This document shows positions 47,823 to 57,168 of a stretch of DNA of 64,000 nt, piece by piece. Source of the stretch: a virus. The stretch lies in the IMG/VR virus record IMGVR_UViG_3300031565_005154, one strand, 5' to 3'. Position numbers and translations under genes: made by a program. Every line of letters begins with the position of its first letter. Positions within the stretch are counted from its first letter, which is position 1. The notes beneath the pieces are model-generated. The model saw nothing but the letters and a program-made list of their open reading frames with translations, was not told the origin of the DNA and made no database searches.

Positions 47823-47851
47823 ATTATACCTCGAAATCAATTTTTTGTTCC
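47823..47851 (-). promoter_or_regulatory. Class E promoter GGAAC-N16-GGTATAAT serving dnaE-C
   Basis: Reverse complement of 47851-47823, filling the 40-bp gap before dnaE-C. Confidence 0.75.
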
Positions 47852-47857
47852 ATATAT

Positions 47858-48700
47858 TTAGAAACTTTCGTATGCCTTAGCAACGGTTTTCAATATATAG
47901 CCGATATCCGGGGACATTTCCGATAACCGTTTGAAAAGCGGTGTTTCAACAGCAGCCAGAACCTCGGGTTTATGTGTCCGATAACCCCTTGCTCCCCGAA
48001 GTCCTATTATCCCACCATGTTCAGCCAATCGGATATGTGTCCCGTGATGATTAGATGTCACTAGGGCGGGCCAATAAGTCTCGGATAAATCTGACGGTGG
48101 TTTACCTAGATCTGATTCTATTATCATTTTCAATAATAGTTGTTCATTAAAGCCAAGTGGCGGTAAACGAATATCACCGTGGGCAAGACGTGAACGATAC
48201 TTATCGATCATTGGATGCATCGCCGCAAACCACTCTTTCGGTTGGATTACATTTATACCACCCATTCGTCTAGGACCAGCAACGGGCGGTCGGATAAAAT
48301 TGCTGTATGGGATTCCTAATCGTCGACAATGAGCCAGATGTTGGTCCATATAAGATGGAAACTCACGATAAATAGCCATGTCTACATCGCCGATAGACAT
48401 GCATTCGTATTGCTCAAATGCTGGTTCATACACTAACCATCTTAGGCACTTTATAGTATTGGCATCGGCTGACCCGTATTCTGGTGTATATTCGGCAAAA
48501 GACAATTCTCTTACCTCGAAGTTGCCAGACAACAAAGCGAGCATGGCCCGAACATCGTCTGTTATGGTTTCGTCCAGCATCACTAACTTATGTGCTTCTG
48601 GATATGCTCTATTCAAGAAATACAAAAACCATGGGACATATTTTTGATATGACCTATTGGCTACAGTCATAAACAGCATTTTATGCTCATCGCACATCAT
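47858..48700 (-). CDS. Putative GT-A-fold glycosyltransferase
   Basis: FMTVAN..Y..YV...LRWL...SIGDVD (DxD). Confidence 0.55.
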   Translation of the reverse strand: MMCDEHKMLFMTVANRSYQKYVPWFLYFLNRAYPEAHKLVMLDETITDDVRAMLALLSGNFEVRELSFAEYTPEYGSADANTIKCLRWLVYEPAFEQYECMSIGDVDMAIYREFPSYMDQHLAHCRRLGIPYSNFIRPPVAGPRRMGGINVIQPKEWFAAMHPMIDKYRSRLAHGDIRLPPLGFNEQLLLKMIIESDLGKPPSDLSETYWPALVTSNHHGTHIRLAEHGGIIGLRGARGYRTHKPEVLAAVETPLFKRLSEMSPDIGYILKTVAKAYESF

Positions 48701-49449
48701 TATTCACCCATTGCCCTTCTAAACATTTGCCCCAAAAGAGTCGGAGCTTCAAGAAGTTGCCCACGGTTCATTCTTAATGATTGGGAATTACCCTGCTTGA
48801 ACATTTGATGAAACAGCATGACGCCAAAAGGGTTCTCAATACAGACGCGGTCGATCTGTTCTTTTCCGTCGAATCTGAAAGCCTCCCATGAGGCAATAGG
48901 CTGTATCAATTTGTTATCCAGGTGATGATAAGACAATCCAGATACAGCTTGACGCACTATAGAAGGTCCAAGTCCGCCCCAACGGAAAATGTGGCCCGGT
49001 TCATGAAGGCTCAAGGCGTGCTCAATTAGATTGACGGCTTTTGAAATAACTCCACCGCGCTGCGTCGAAAGCAAAAATCCACACTCTGGTTCGCCATACT
49101 TAAGAGTTGGGGAAGCGGTCGCTATAAGATCAATTCCATCCTTTAATAGATCAAGCGTTGGTTTCAGACTTCTAAATAGGATGAGATCAGAATCGAGCCA
49201 TATCCCCCCATATTCTCTCAGTAACATATACCGCAGATAATTGGACTTATTATTGATTTGAGCAATTTGAAAAAAGGTTTCAGAAATATTCGGTAAAAAC
49301 TGTTTTACATTATCAGTTGTCACCATGTGGATGTTAAAATCTTCCTGACAGTGTCTTTCTATTGTTTCTAGACATAACTTGATATAAGCAGGGGGTTCTA
49401 CTGCTGGTGGAATATTATCCCAATAGAGCCAAATTTTAGGTTTTCCCAT
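48700..49449 (-). CDS. GT32 / capsular-polysaccharide-synthesis-type glycosyltransferase
   Basis: KIWLYW...SNYLRYMLLREYGGIWLDSD...GLGP. Confidence 0.85.
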   Translation of the reverse strand: MGKPKIWLYWDNIPPAVEPPAYIKLCLETIERHCQEDFNIHMVTTDNVKQFLPNISETFFQIAQINNKSNYLRYMLLREYGGIWLDSDLILFRSLKPTLDLLKDGIDLIATASPTLKYGEPECGFLLSTQRGGVISKAVNLIEHALSLHEPGHIFRWGGLGPSIVRQAVSGLSYHHLDNKLIQPIASWEAFRFDGKEQIDRVCIENPFGVMLFHQMFKQGNSQSLRMNRGQLLEAPTLLGQMFRRAMGE

Positions 49450-49566
49450 TATTTTTCCTTTTCTTGTATTTGCGAGCAGGTGTGGTCAATGCTTTTGTCA
49501 ATGACCAGCCACATTTACAATTAGTCGTCCGAACTTCTTCCCAGACAGGTCTATGAATTTGCCCAT
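49450..49566 (-). pseudogene. Internally deleted HNH endonuclease remnant
   Basis: ATG at 49566 gives MGKFIDLSGKKFGRLIV (HNH N-terminus); another frame gives KCGWSLTKALTTPARKYKK (HNH C-terminus); catalytic core absent. Confidence 0.8.
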
Positions 49567-50141
49567 TATCTTAACACCGAATACAATAACATGTGTCGCG
49601 CGTCACCCATGTACGTATGAATGTTACTTATGTTTTCTGCCTCCATCCGTTCTCGTAATTCATCTTCTTTGTGTTTCTGAGATGGACTCTTGCGGACATC
49701 AAAATCTATTAGCGTTGCCTTAACTTTATCATATTCGCCAGAATTAATAAGGTCTAAAACAATTTCACACTCGCTACCTTCAGCATTAATTTTCAAAAAT
49801 ATTTCATCATCAGATGATATATTATCACGAAACCAATCGGATGCCTTTATGAATTGACATCTCGTCACTCGTTTCTCGGGGTTGCAAGTGGTTTCATAAT
49901 CTTCATGGACTGTTCCCCCTTGTGAACCCTCATTATGAAGCAACATCTCGCACGTCTCCGACCACAATCCAGCTTTAACAATTTTTACCCTTGTGTTATT
50001 GTTGAATTTTCTATTTAGAATGTCGAGACACAACGGAGATGGATCGAACCCAATAATGTGGTCGACTTTGAATCTGGGCTGTAACAACAATTCTATTGTT
50101 TGGCCCTGATGACTTCCTACGTCTAAAAATATTCTATTCAT
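49566..50141 (-). CDS. FkbM-family methyltransferase
   Basis: IFLDVGSHQG...GFDPS...AGLW...FLKINAEGSE. Confidence 0.85.
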   Translation of the reverse strand: MNRIFLDVGSHQGQTIELLLQPRFKVDHIIGFDPSPLCLDILNRKFNNNTRVKIVKAGLWSETCEMLLHNEGSQGGTVHEDYETTCNPEKRVTRCQFIKASDWFRDNISSDDEIFLKINAEGSECEIVLDLINSGEYDKVKATLIDFDVRKSPSQKHKEDELRERMEAENISNIHTYMGDARHMLLYSVLR

Positions 50142-50142
50142 A

Positions 50143-50985
50143 TTATTTTCTCCAATCAAAATATACAAAACGAGCCAGGAAAACGTCATTATGGATGTGG
50201 AATGCGAACTTTAATTTGGGCAATAATCCTGTAATTTTCAATTGTTTTATCGCAAATTCATGATTTGATGGAACTCCTTCTTTCAGGAATTTGCTAACAT
50301 TATCATACAAGTTCCCAAACTTATCCATGATTTCAGAGCCTCCAAAGAAAAAATAGTCAGCCAAAGCCGGGTAATTAGGTGTGTGCGGGTATCCTATATG
50401 AATATGTTGAAGTTCCTTATTTTCTTTTTTATTCCATCCATGAAGAAACCAATCTTCATGTCGGATTCCTTGCCCATTTGACATTCTCATAACACACCAG
50501 TTCGAAGCGTAAAAATGGTTTGGATCGAATTGATTAAAATGTACATCGGTCATCCAAGCAACATCGAATCTACCAATCATAACCATATCATATTTGAAAC
50601 CGTGTTGTTCTTCATATTTTTTTTTGAGTTGCATACATCTCTGAATACTATACCATCTTGCAATGGTTATCTGTGTTTTCGACGTAATACCATCAGGGTA
50701 ATTTTTATCAACCTTTGCTCCATTAATGTTGAATTTTGGGTCTGGTTCGAATATCGCGGCTTTTGGTTTATATGCATTTCTCAAATCTTGTTCTGCATCA
50801 ACACTTGGGGTGTGCATAAAGACATCTATATCGTTGTGGGCAAACATATGCTTCTGATAATGCTCTAAACCCTTCTCCCATTCAACAGGCGTCCTCTTTC
50901 CTGTCTTGCCATCCCACATCTGGCCGCCGACAACTTTTTTGCCCGGATGTAGTGCCATACCATTTAAGCATAGTGCGATTTTCAA
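50143..50985 (-). CDS. Putative glycosyltransferase-like protein
   Basis: MKIALCLNG...DVFMHT...YDMVMIGRFDV...DYFFFG. Confidence 0.55.
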   Translation of the reverse strand: MKIALCLNGMALHPGKKVVGGQMWDGKTGKRTPVEWEKGLEHYQKHMFAHNDIDVFMHTPSVDAEQDLRNAYKPKAAIFEPDPKFNINGAKVDKNYPDGITSKTQITIARWYSIQRCMQLKKKYEEQHGFKYDMVMIGRFDVAWMTDVHFNQFDPNHFYASNWCVMRMSNGQGIRHEDWFLHGWNKKENKELQHIHIGYPHTPNYPALADYFFFGGSEIMDKFGNLYDNVSKFLKEGVPSNHEFAIKQLKITGLLPKLKFAFHIHNDVFLARFVYFDWRK

Positions 50986-51701
50986 AATAATCTCCTAGCT
51001 ATGCCCATGCCATAGTCTAAGAACTTGCCTGATTTTATTTCTGAACCTATTAGTTGTTTATCGAATAATGTTTCATCTATTGCATCAAAAACTGATCTTG
51101 GGCCTATATGTACATTGGTATCATGTATGATTACATTAGCTCGCGGCGATAAGAATTCAGTAAAACACCAATCATTGACCATTAGTGTTATAGAATGATC
51201 TCCATCTATCATTAATAGGTCAATAGTTTTCATTCCAAGTTCCAGCATTTTTTCTCTGATGATTTTACGTAAACTGGAATCAATCTTCATCGTATGTATA
51301 TTTTTGCTTACGTCATTTATACTTGATTTATCATTAACATCAATTCCGAGATATACACAATCATCTTCTTTGTTTTCTAAAATTGCTCTTGTCGTTGATA
51401 GTAATGGTTTTTTATACACGTTTATTCCAATTTCCAATATAGTTTTAGTATCAGAGGATATGGCATTACTTAGCATATCTACGTGCGACTGTCTAATGGA
51501 AGGTCCACTATGGGCTAGCGGGGTATTCCCAGGTAAATTATTATGAATACACATAGGTAGACCAAATCCATCTTTAACTCTAACGAACATTCTTTGTTCG
51601 TCGTCTAAATATTCTGGTTTTATTGTCGGTATATATTTAAGACCAACGACATCGGATGGATTACGCTCCCAATTATTCTGCATCATGCCTTCTTTTCCCA
51701 T
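50982..51701 (-). CDS. Class I SAM methyltransferase (Methyltransf_24-like)
   Basis: ILEIGI...YLGIDV...IDLLMIDGDHS...VIIHD. Confidence 0.8.
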   Translation of the reverse strand: MGKEGMMQNNWERNPSDVVGLKYIPTIKPEYLDDEQRMFVRVKDGFGLPMCIHNNLPGNTPLAHSGPSIRQSHVDMLSNAISSDTKTILEIGINVYKKPLLSTTRAILENKEDDCVYLGIDVNDKSSINDVSKNIHTMKIDSSLRKIIREKMLELGMKTIDLLMIDGDHSITLMVNDWCFTEFLSPRANVIIHDTNVHIGPRSVFDAIDETLFDKQLIGSEIKSGKFLDYGMGIARRLF

Positions 51702-51730
51702 ATTGTGTTTTCCTTTATCTGTACCTTGCC

Positions 51731-52294
51731 CTATAGTGTGCGAACAATCTTACGCTCTTCACCGGAAGTAGTTTTGTCTACAAAATGGACTACTTCGTAC
51801 TTACGATCAAACGTTAACACCCATTCGTTAAACGCCCTTTGTTCGTGATCGTCATATTTCTCATCGTGTCTATAAAACCATTCATCAAATACAATAATTG
51901 TACCTGGTACTATATAGTCATCAAGTGCTTCTAAAACTTCTTTAGCAGAACTATATAGATCGGAATCTATGTGTAATAGCGCAATGGGTTCGGCAATCTG
52001 AAGGTAATCTGATAGCGTATCTGTGAACCATCCAGCATAGAATTTGACATCCTTAACATCAGGAATCACTCCATTAGTCGAGAAATATTCTGGCGGTACA
52101 ACTACTTTTCCGTTTTTGTCCACCCAAGCTTCTGGTAATCCTACAAATGAATCAAAACCAAATACTTGAAAAGATTCGTCTAGGGTTTGTCTAATTGTCC
52201 GAATGGTTCCTCCATGACATACTCCAAATTCTAAAACATGTTTATATTTAGGATTGATTAGTGTAAGCCCATGCTGCAAACTAGATTTATTCAT
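51731..52294 (-). CDS. TylF/MycF-family sugar O-methyltransferase
   Basis: VLEFGV..G...VFGFDSFVGLPE...GWFTDTL...LLHIDSDLYSS...GTIIVFDE. Confidence 0.85.
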   Translation of the reverse strand: MNKSSLQHGLTLINPKYKHVLEFGVCHGGTIRTIRQTLDESFQVFGFDSFVGLPEAWVDKNGKVVVPPEYFSTNGVIPDVKDVKFYAGWFTDTLSDYLQIAEPIALLHIDSDLYSSAKEVLEALDDYIVPGTIIVFDEWFYRHDEKYDDHEQRAFNEWVLTFDRKYEVVHFVDKTTSGEERKIVRTL

Positions 52295-53852
52295 TATATT
52301 CCTCCAATTCATTTAGCATTAATTTTCCAAGGTGAAATAGCATTTCTGCATATGGTTGATGATGTAACGCTGCGATATTGAGATATATAAGTGCTGTCAA
52401 CAATTTTACTTTGTGGTAGTCGTAATGGTTACGTACCAAATATTGTTGTAGCCATGTTTCACAATCAATGAGTGTTTGTCTTCTCAGTAAATCAAAGTTA
52501 ACTGTGTCACCATTTATATCAATCTCATACAAACCTTTGTTTATAATGCCGTGTGATACAATTAGTCCATGCCACAGTTTGGCTAAATCGTAATAGATAT
52601 CACCGTAATCACTTAACCCACCAAAATTTTGTCTCCAGTCTAATAAACAGAAATATCCATCCATATCTATAATATTCTCGAAATGTAAGTCGCCGTGAAA
52701 GCGGACTGGAATTCCTGTAGATATCCACGTCCAATCTATCTTGTCCAGTAACTCAAATATAGGCGGAACATCTACACCATTGATACATTGTGCTGAATCG
52801 TGATATCCAAAACGTTCAAAGTAATCACATACTCGTTGAATAGTCTTGTCTTTGTAAAATCGAAGATATACATCTTGAACATCGGCTGTCAATAATTGTC
52901 TATCTCCCCACATTTCTTCCATCCAAATAAGGAACTTCCTAAATAATGATGTGGTTATAGTTCTAGATAAAACTTGACCATCGATCATTTTGTAACAATA
53001 CATATTCGGAGTACTTCCTTCGATTATCGGAACATGCCCACTTAATGCGATAGCTCGTTCAACTCTTTGTGCAATGAATTCTTGGTCTGTTGAGAACTTG
53101 ATGACTCTATCATTGCAAAACCAAATGTGTTCCTGTTCTTTTGGAAGAATATTAGGGGCATCCTCTCGGTGGAATATATTATTTGCGTGCGCAAGCGATT
53201 CTACTGTACCAGTATCGTACCATGTAAATTCAACCCCTTTAATTGGCTGCTCTTTTATCATCGAAGCTAAGGCAAATGATTCTCCTTGATTGGTGGTACC
53301 TTTTTGCAAAGCTTCGTCCATAGCTTCCCAGAAGGTTTTGTAATCGTGGATACCACAAATTCCAATATAAGCTTTTGCTTCTGTGTGAACACCCTTTTCG
53401 CCTAAATCCTTTACTACTGTGTTATCCCATGAATCTACGACAACAGAACGATAATCTTGACCAGCCCGGACATTGGCATGTCCTATCCAATCATGATCTG
53501 GCGGTGGAATATCTTCTGTTACTATCGCATCGTTGGTAAAAAATATAAACGGACATTGTAGCATATCTTGGTAATCACATAAATCTGCCGTAAGACCATT
53601 TCTATTTGCCCATATGAATGTGAACTTACGATCTGGATAAGCCAATGTTAAAAATTCTTTTACCAATTCCCCTTTGTGTCCAAGATCAATAATCAATTCT
53701 ATGTTTGGCGGAAATTTCTCGATAATGTACGAAATAATTGGACGATTGGCTACTGGGACCAATGTCTTATTGACATGATCGCAATGATTGCCTAATCTGG
53801 AGCCAACACCAGCGGTTGGAATTAGTACTTTGTATGTTTTATTCTCTCCCAT
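52287..53852 (-). CDS. Nucleotidyltransferase fused to an APH/choline-kinase-like phosphotransferase
   Basis: VLIPTAGVGSRL...NKTLVPV; WYDTGT; FHGDLHFENI...LLDWR...GDIYYDLAKL. Confidence 0.88.
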   Translation of the reverse strand: MGENKTYKVLIPTAGVGSRLGNHCDHVNKTLVPVANRPIISYIIEKFPPNIELIIDLGHKGELVKEFLTLAYPDRKFTFIWANRNGLTADLCDYQDMLQCPFIFFTNDAIVTEDIPPPDHDWIGHANVRAGQDYRSVVVDSWDNTVVKDLGEKGVHTEAKAYIGICGIHDYKTFWEAMDEALQKGTTNQGESFALASMIKEQPIKGVEFTWYDTGTVESLAHANNIFHREDAPNILPKEQEHIWFCNDRVIKFSTDQEFIAQRVERAIALSGHVPIIEGSTPNMYCYKMIDGQVLSRTITTSLFRKFLIWMEEMWGDRQLLTADVQDVYLRFYKDKTIQRVCDYFERFGYHDSAQCINGVDVPPIFELLDKIDWTWISTGIPVRFHGDLHFENIIDMDGYFCLLDWRQNFGGLSDYGDIYYDLAKLWHGLIVSHGIINKGLYEIDINGDTVNFDLLRRQTLIDCETWLQQYLVRNHYDYHKVKLLTALIYLNIAALHHQPYAEMLFHLGKLMLNELEEYNE

Positions 53853-54186
53853 AATCGTCCTCAACTCTTACTACGTCGTCCAATTCGGTCGTAGATGCTT
53901 CTAAGTAAATTGCGTCTTCTTTACCTTCCATGCGATGTACTTCTCCTGGTAAAATAGTGCAAAAATCACCAGGATACAAAACAATATCTTCCCAAGTCGA
54001 TTTAGCTCCGATAAAATTTTTGGTAATTAACAATGCACCACTTAATACATAGATGGTTTCTGTTTTGTACTCATGATATTGTAGACTACATCTATGCCCT
54101 TTGTACATATATATTTTTTTGACAACATATCTTTCTGTGTTAGCAAGAATTTCTTCTTTACCCCACGGTTTTCCAATAGCTTCCAT
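53839..54186 (-). CDS. Cupin, mannose-6-phosphate isomerase C-terminal-like
   Basis: KPWGKE...SLQYH.YKTETIYVLSG...PGEVHRM...EASTTELDDVVRVEDDYGR. Confidence 0.85.
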   Translation of the reverse strand: MEAIGKPWGKEEILANTERYVVKKIYMYKGHRCSLQYHEYKTETIYVLSGALLITKNFIGAKSTWEDIVLYPGDFCTILPGEVHRMEGKEDAIYLEASTTELDDVVRVEDDYGRE

Positions 54187-54191
54187 AGTCT

Positions 54192-55226
54192 CTACTCCAA
54201 TGAAAACAAGTAATGTTCGATTACACTTGTTATTTCACTAATAATACTTTCACGAATATTGATCTTTTTCGAAAGCTTTGCAACAATTTGTTGATATGCC
54301 TGCCCGTTAAAGTGATAGTGGCCAGCTATCCACGCACATGGTATTCGCCGCATCCCTACGGATGCATAAAGCCATTTCTCCCAATTTCCGCCGTTATTAA
54401 CTTCATCTATAAAATGCTTAATATCTATACCATACATTAAAGCCTTAGACAGTACATGACTAGTTTGTACGACCCCTAGTTGCGGAGCAATATTTACAGC
54501 ACCTACAATACCTTTTCGATAAGCTATTTGTTCGGTGGTTAGATAATCGGCGTTATGTTCTTTCGTTTTGATACCCAATTTGCTTAACGCCTTGTGTATG
54601 ACACGAACTTTGTCAATATCAAACGATCCTACGTTACTTGCTTCTCGCACAAGACTGCCTGTCTGCACGACATAGAAAGCAGGGTGTGATATTTGTTGAC
54701 ATGTCCGGGCATCTTCTACGATTCTATCGACATCGTCTTCGGCCTTCCCCCTATTGACATCTGTTCCGATTTCAAATCTTATATCTGGCCTTGTGTCTAG
54801 GGCAAATTGCATTAATGCTATAGTATTTTGTATCTTTTCTTTATGCGACATGGCTCGTCCAAATGCCAATGTATCCGTATCCCATTTTGTTGTGGCATTG
54901 CATAAGTCGATATGAATAAGATCGAAGCCATGTTCCAAATCACAACGGATAGTATCCTGAACGGATTCCAGAGAATTGCTGGGGCTTCCGAAACCAGGAC
55001 CACAATGGTCACGGCAAATAGCAACATTTGCATATGGGTATTTATGTTTCATGCTTGCCAAATAATCAATATACTGTGATGTAGTAAATACATATCCACT
55101 ATCAATATCCACCTGATTACGAGAACATATGAGCATCAACTGTTTCCCGAACCTACTGGAATGGCGGAAAACTGCTTCAATAACTTCTTTACTCATTGGT
55201 CCGCAGGCCAGATTAGATGTCAACAT
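54192..55226 (-). CDS. GatZ/KbaZ-like TIM-barrel (tagatose-phosphate aldolase/epimerase family)
   Basis: CGPMS...LICSRNQVD...CRDHCGPG...GFDLIHIDL...FEIGT...KEHNADY...NIAPQLG. Confidence 0.75.
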   Translation of the reverse strand: MLTSNLACGPMSKEVIEAVFRHSSRFGKQLMLICSRNQVDIDSGYVFTTSQYIDYLASMKHKYPYANVAICRDHCGPGFGSPSNSLESVQDTIRCDLEHGFDLIHIDLCNATTKWDTDTLAFGRAMSHKEKIQNTIALMQFALDTRPDIRFEIGTDVNRGKAEDDVDRIVEDARTCQQISHPAFYVVQTGSLVREASNVGSFDIDKVRVIHKALSKLGIKTKEHNADYLTTEQIAYRKGIVGAVNIAPQLGVVQTSHVLSKALMYGIDIKHFIDEVNNGGNWEKWLYASVGMRRIPCAWIAGHYHFNGQAYQQIVAKLSKKINIRESIISEITSVIEHYLFSLE

Positions 55227-55587
55227 GTTCCATTCCCTTATTTCGAGGTAGATTTACGCAAGCGGCGGTTTCGGCAATTGTTTTGGCTTTCATGTCATTA
55301 ATAACTACTCGTTGTCCTTTGGGCAGTCCCATGATTAAACTATGGAAAAACAAACCAGTATCGTGTAATTGTTGATTTGTAAAGCTTCGAAGACTCTCTG
55401 GTCGTCCCGTTGTTAAAACAATCGTATATCCTTTATAACCCCATCGTTTGAAAGCCTCTCGTACACCAGGCAATAATTTACACGGATTAGTAAGTATAGC
55501 TGTCATATTGCCATGATGTTTTAATATACATCCATCGATATCACAAAAAACCGTCTTGATATGTGCGGCGTGATCAGTCTGTTTCAT
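55213..55587 (-). CDS. HAD-superfamily phosphatase
   Basis: VFCDIDGCI...IVLTTGR...RVVIND. Confidence 0.85.
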   Translation of the reverse strand: MKQTDHAAHIKTVFCDIDGCILKHHGNMTAILTNPCKLLPGVREAFKRWGYKGYTIVLTTGRPESLRSFTNQQLHDTGLFFHSLIMGLPKGQRVVINDMKAKTIAETAACVNLPRNKGMEHVDI

Positions 55588-56512
55588 TGATAAGTCCTTC
55601 CTCTAGAGCTACTTCGTCATCACATCCGTTAATCAAATCCTGTGCTTTCCACATCTTATCTAGTGCTACAACACCGAGGAAATCAAACTTGACACACCCC
55701 ATTGCCTCGGCATGGCCCATCTCTACGCCAACAACGCGATTTTTGCTCTTGGTATCATAGGCTAATGGCACTAATTCTGCTATCGGTCTATCAGCAATTA
55801 CAACTCCAGCAGCATGTTTGGACTGAGACTTTTTGGTTCCTTCAATACGTATCGCTTGATCAAATAGTGGTTTATACCATTCATAGGCATCCTGAACATA
55901 TTCAATATTATGCACAGCCCACTGCAATATGCCGTAATCATCCCCTTGTTCTGCTCTCGCTTGTCTCAATTCATCCGTTATTGTGGCTTCTTCTGGGATA
56001 TGATGTGTAATATCATTGCATAAATCGTGAGGTGTGATACTAATATCATCCGTATCTTTCCCTTCTTTCAGAGCCTTAACCTTCATTAGATGTCTCACCG
56101 TATCTGGATTAGCACGAAATACTTCTTTCAGAGCCGCTTTCCCTTGAAGCCGACCGAATGTTATCATCTGGGCAACATATTCTTCGCCCCATCGCTCTTT
56201 GAGATATGCTATCACCTTACTACGAAAGACAACTGAAAGGTCTATGTCTATATCTGGGAGGCTGATATGACCAGGATTAATAATTGGGGGCTTATCAAAA
56301 CATATCTTATTGACCTTTTCAACAATCCACATTACATAACTATTGCTCGGATTATTTCTATCTAAATCTACGTTATCTATTAAGTACTGATAATATTTTT
56401 GTATTTTAATATCTTTTAATATATCAACTTCTAAAGTAAAGAATTTATTATCTTTAATTTGTATAAATCTTTCTTTATTTATTTTATTTTTTATGAATTC
56501 ACGAAAATTCAT
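55574..56512 (-). CDS. dnaE: DNA polymerase III alpha, middle fragment (palm/thumb, with the catalytic Asp motifs)
   Basis: SLPDIDIDL...VAQMITFG...AALKEVFR...SQSKHAAGVVIA...GCVKFDFLG. Confidence 0.93.
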   Translation of the reverse strand: MNFREFIKNKINKERFIQIKDNKFFTLEVDILKDIKIQKYYQYLIDNVDLDRNNPSNSYVMWIVEKVNKICFDKPPIINPGHISLPDIDIDLSVVFRSKVIAYLKERWGEEYVAQMITFGRLQGKAALKEVFRANPDTVRHLMKVKALKEGKDTDDISITPHDLCNDITHHIPEEATITDELRQARAEQGDDYGILQWAVHNIEYVQDAYEWYKPLFDQAIRIEGTKKSQSKHAAGVVIADRPIAELVPLAYDTKSKNRVVGVEMGHAEAMGCVKFDFLGVVALDKMWKAQDLINGCDDEVALEEGLINETD

Positions 56513-56513
56513 C
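56503..56513. repeat. 11-bp direct repeat copy 1 (GAAAATTCATC) at the HNH/dnaE-M junction
   Basis: Identical to 57199-57209; contains the dnaE-M start codon. Confidence 0.7.
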
Positions 56514-57168
56514 GTTGATCTCCTTTTCTTTTTTTATTATGCATCGTATCTGCCGGAATTGTTAACGCATTCCTTACAGACCAACCAACTTTAATTCTAT
56601 ATCGTATCGTCGCTTGTTTTATTCCTGTTATCTCCTCCCATTCCGCAAAACATAATTCTTTGTTATCATATTTTAATAAATGATTGGTTCTTCTATTTCT
56701 TGATTGCTCTGCCATGGTTGACAATTTGTAGTTTTCTGGACAATAATTCCCATTGTTCTCAATACGATCAATAGTTTTGCTTTCTGGAATTTCTCCAATG
56801 TCATTCAAAAAATTTATATATCCAGTTTTTTTATTGTTCCATCTTTCACATACGGCGATACCTCGTCCTCCATAATCTTTATAAGCAGAATCATTATGAT
56901 TATTACATCTCCTTCTCATTCCGATCCATATATGATGTGTTCTTGAGTGTTTCCCATTTATTGTATGGCCGTGTGTTTTGTTTAATTTACCAATTTTTGA
57001 CGCATATTGTTTTTGTAAACAGCCGCAGCTTTTACAATGGCCACTTTTAACTGATAACAATCTAGTTTTGAAAATTCTGCCACAATAACATTGAAATTCT
57101 CCGCATATATTTCCATTATCTGATTCATTTTTAAGAATTTGTATTAATTTTGGTTTTGCATATTCCAT
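56509..57168 (-). CDS. Free-standing HNH homing endonuclease between dnaE fragments
   Basis: CYCG...CKSCGC...WIGMRRRC...YGGRGIAVC...TIDRIENNGNY.PEN; TAATG and ATGA overlaps with both dnaE pieces. Confidence 0.88.
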   Translation of the reverse strand: MEYAKPKLIQILKNESDNGNICGEFQCYCGRIFKTRLLSVKSGHCKSCGCLQKQYASKIGKLNKTHGHTINGKHSRTHHIWIGMRRRCNNHNDSAYKDYGGRGIAVCERWNNKKTGYINFLNDIGEIPESKTIDRIENNGNYCPENYKLSTMAEQSRNRRTNHLLKYDNKELCFAEWEEITGIKQATIRYRIKVGWSVRNALTIPADTMHNKKRKGDQR

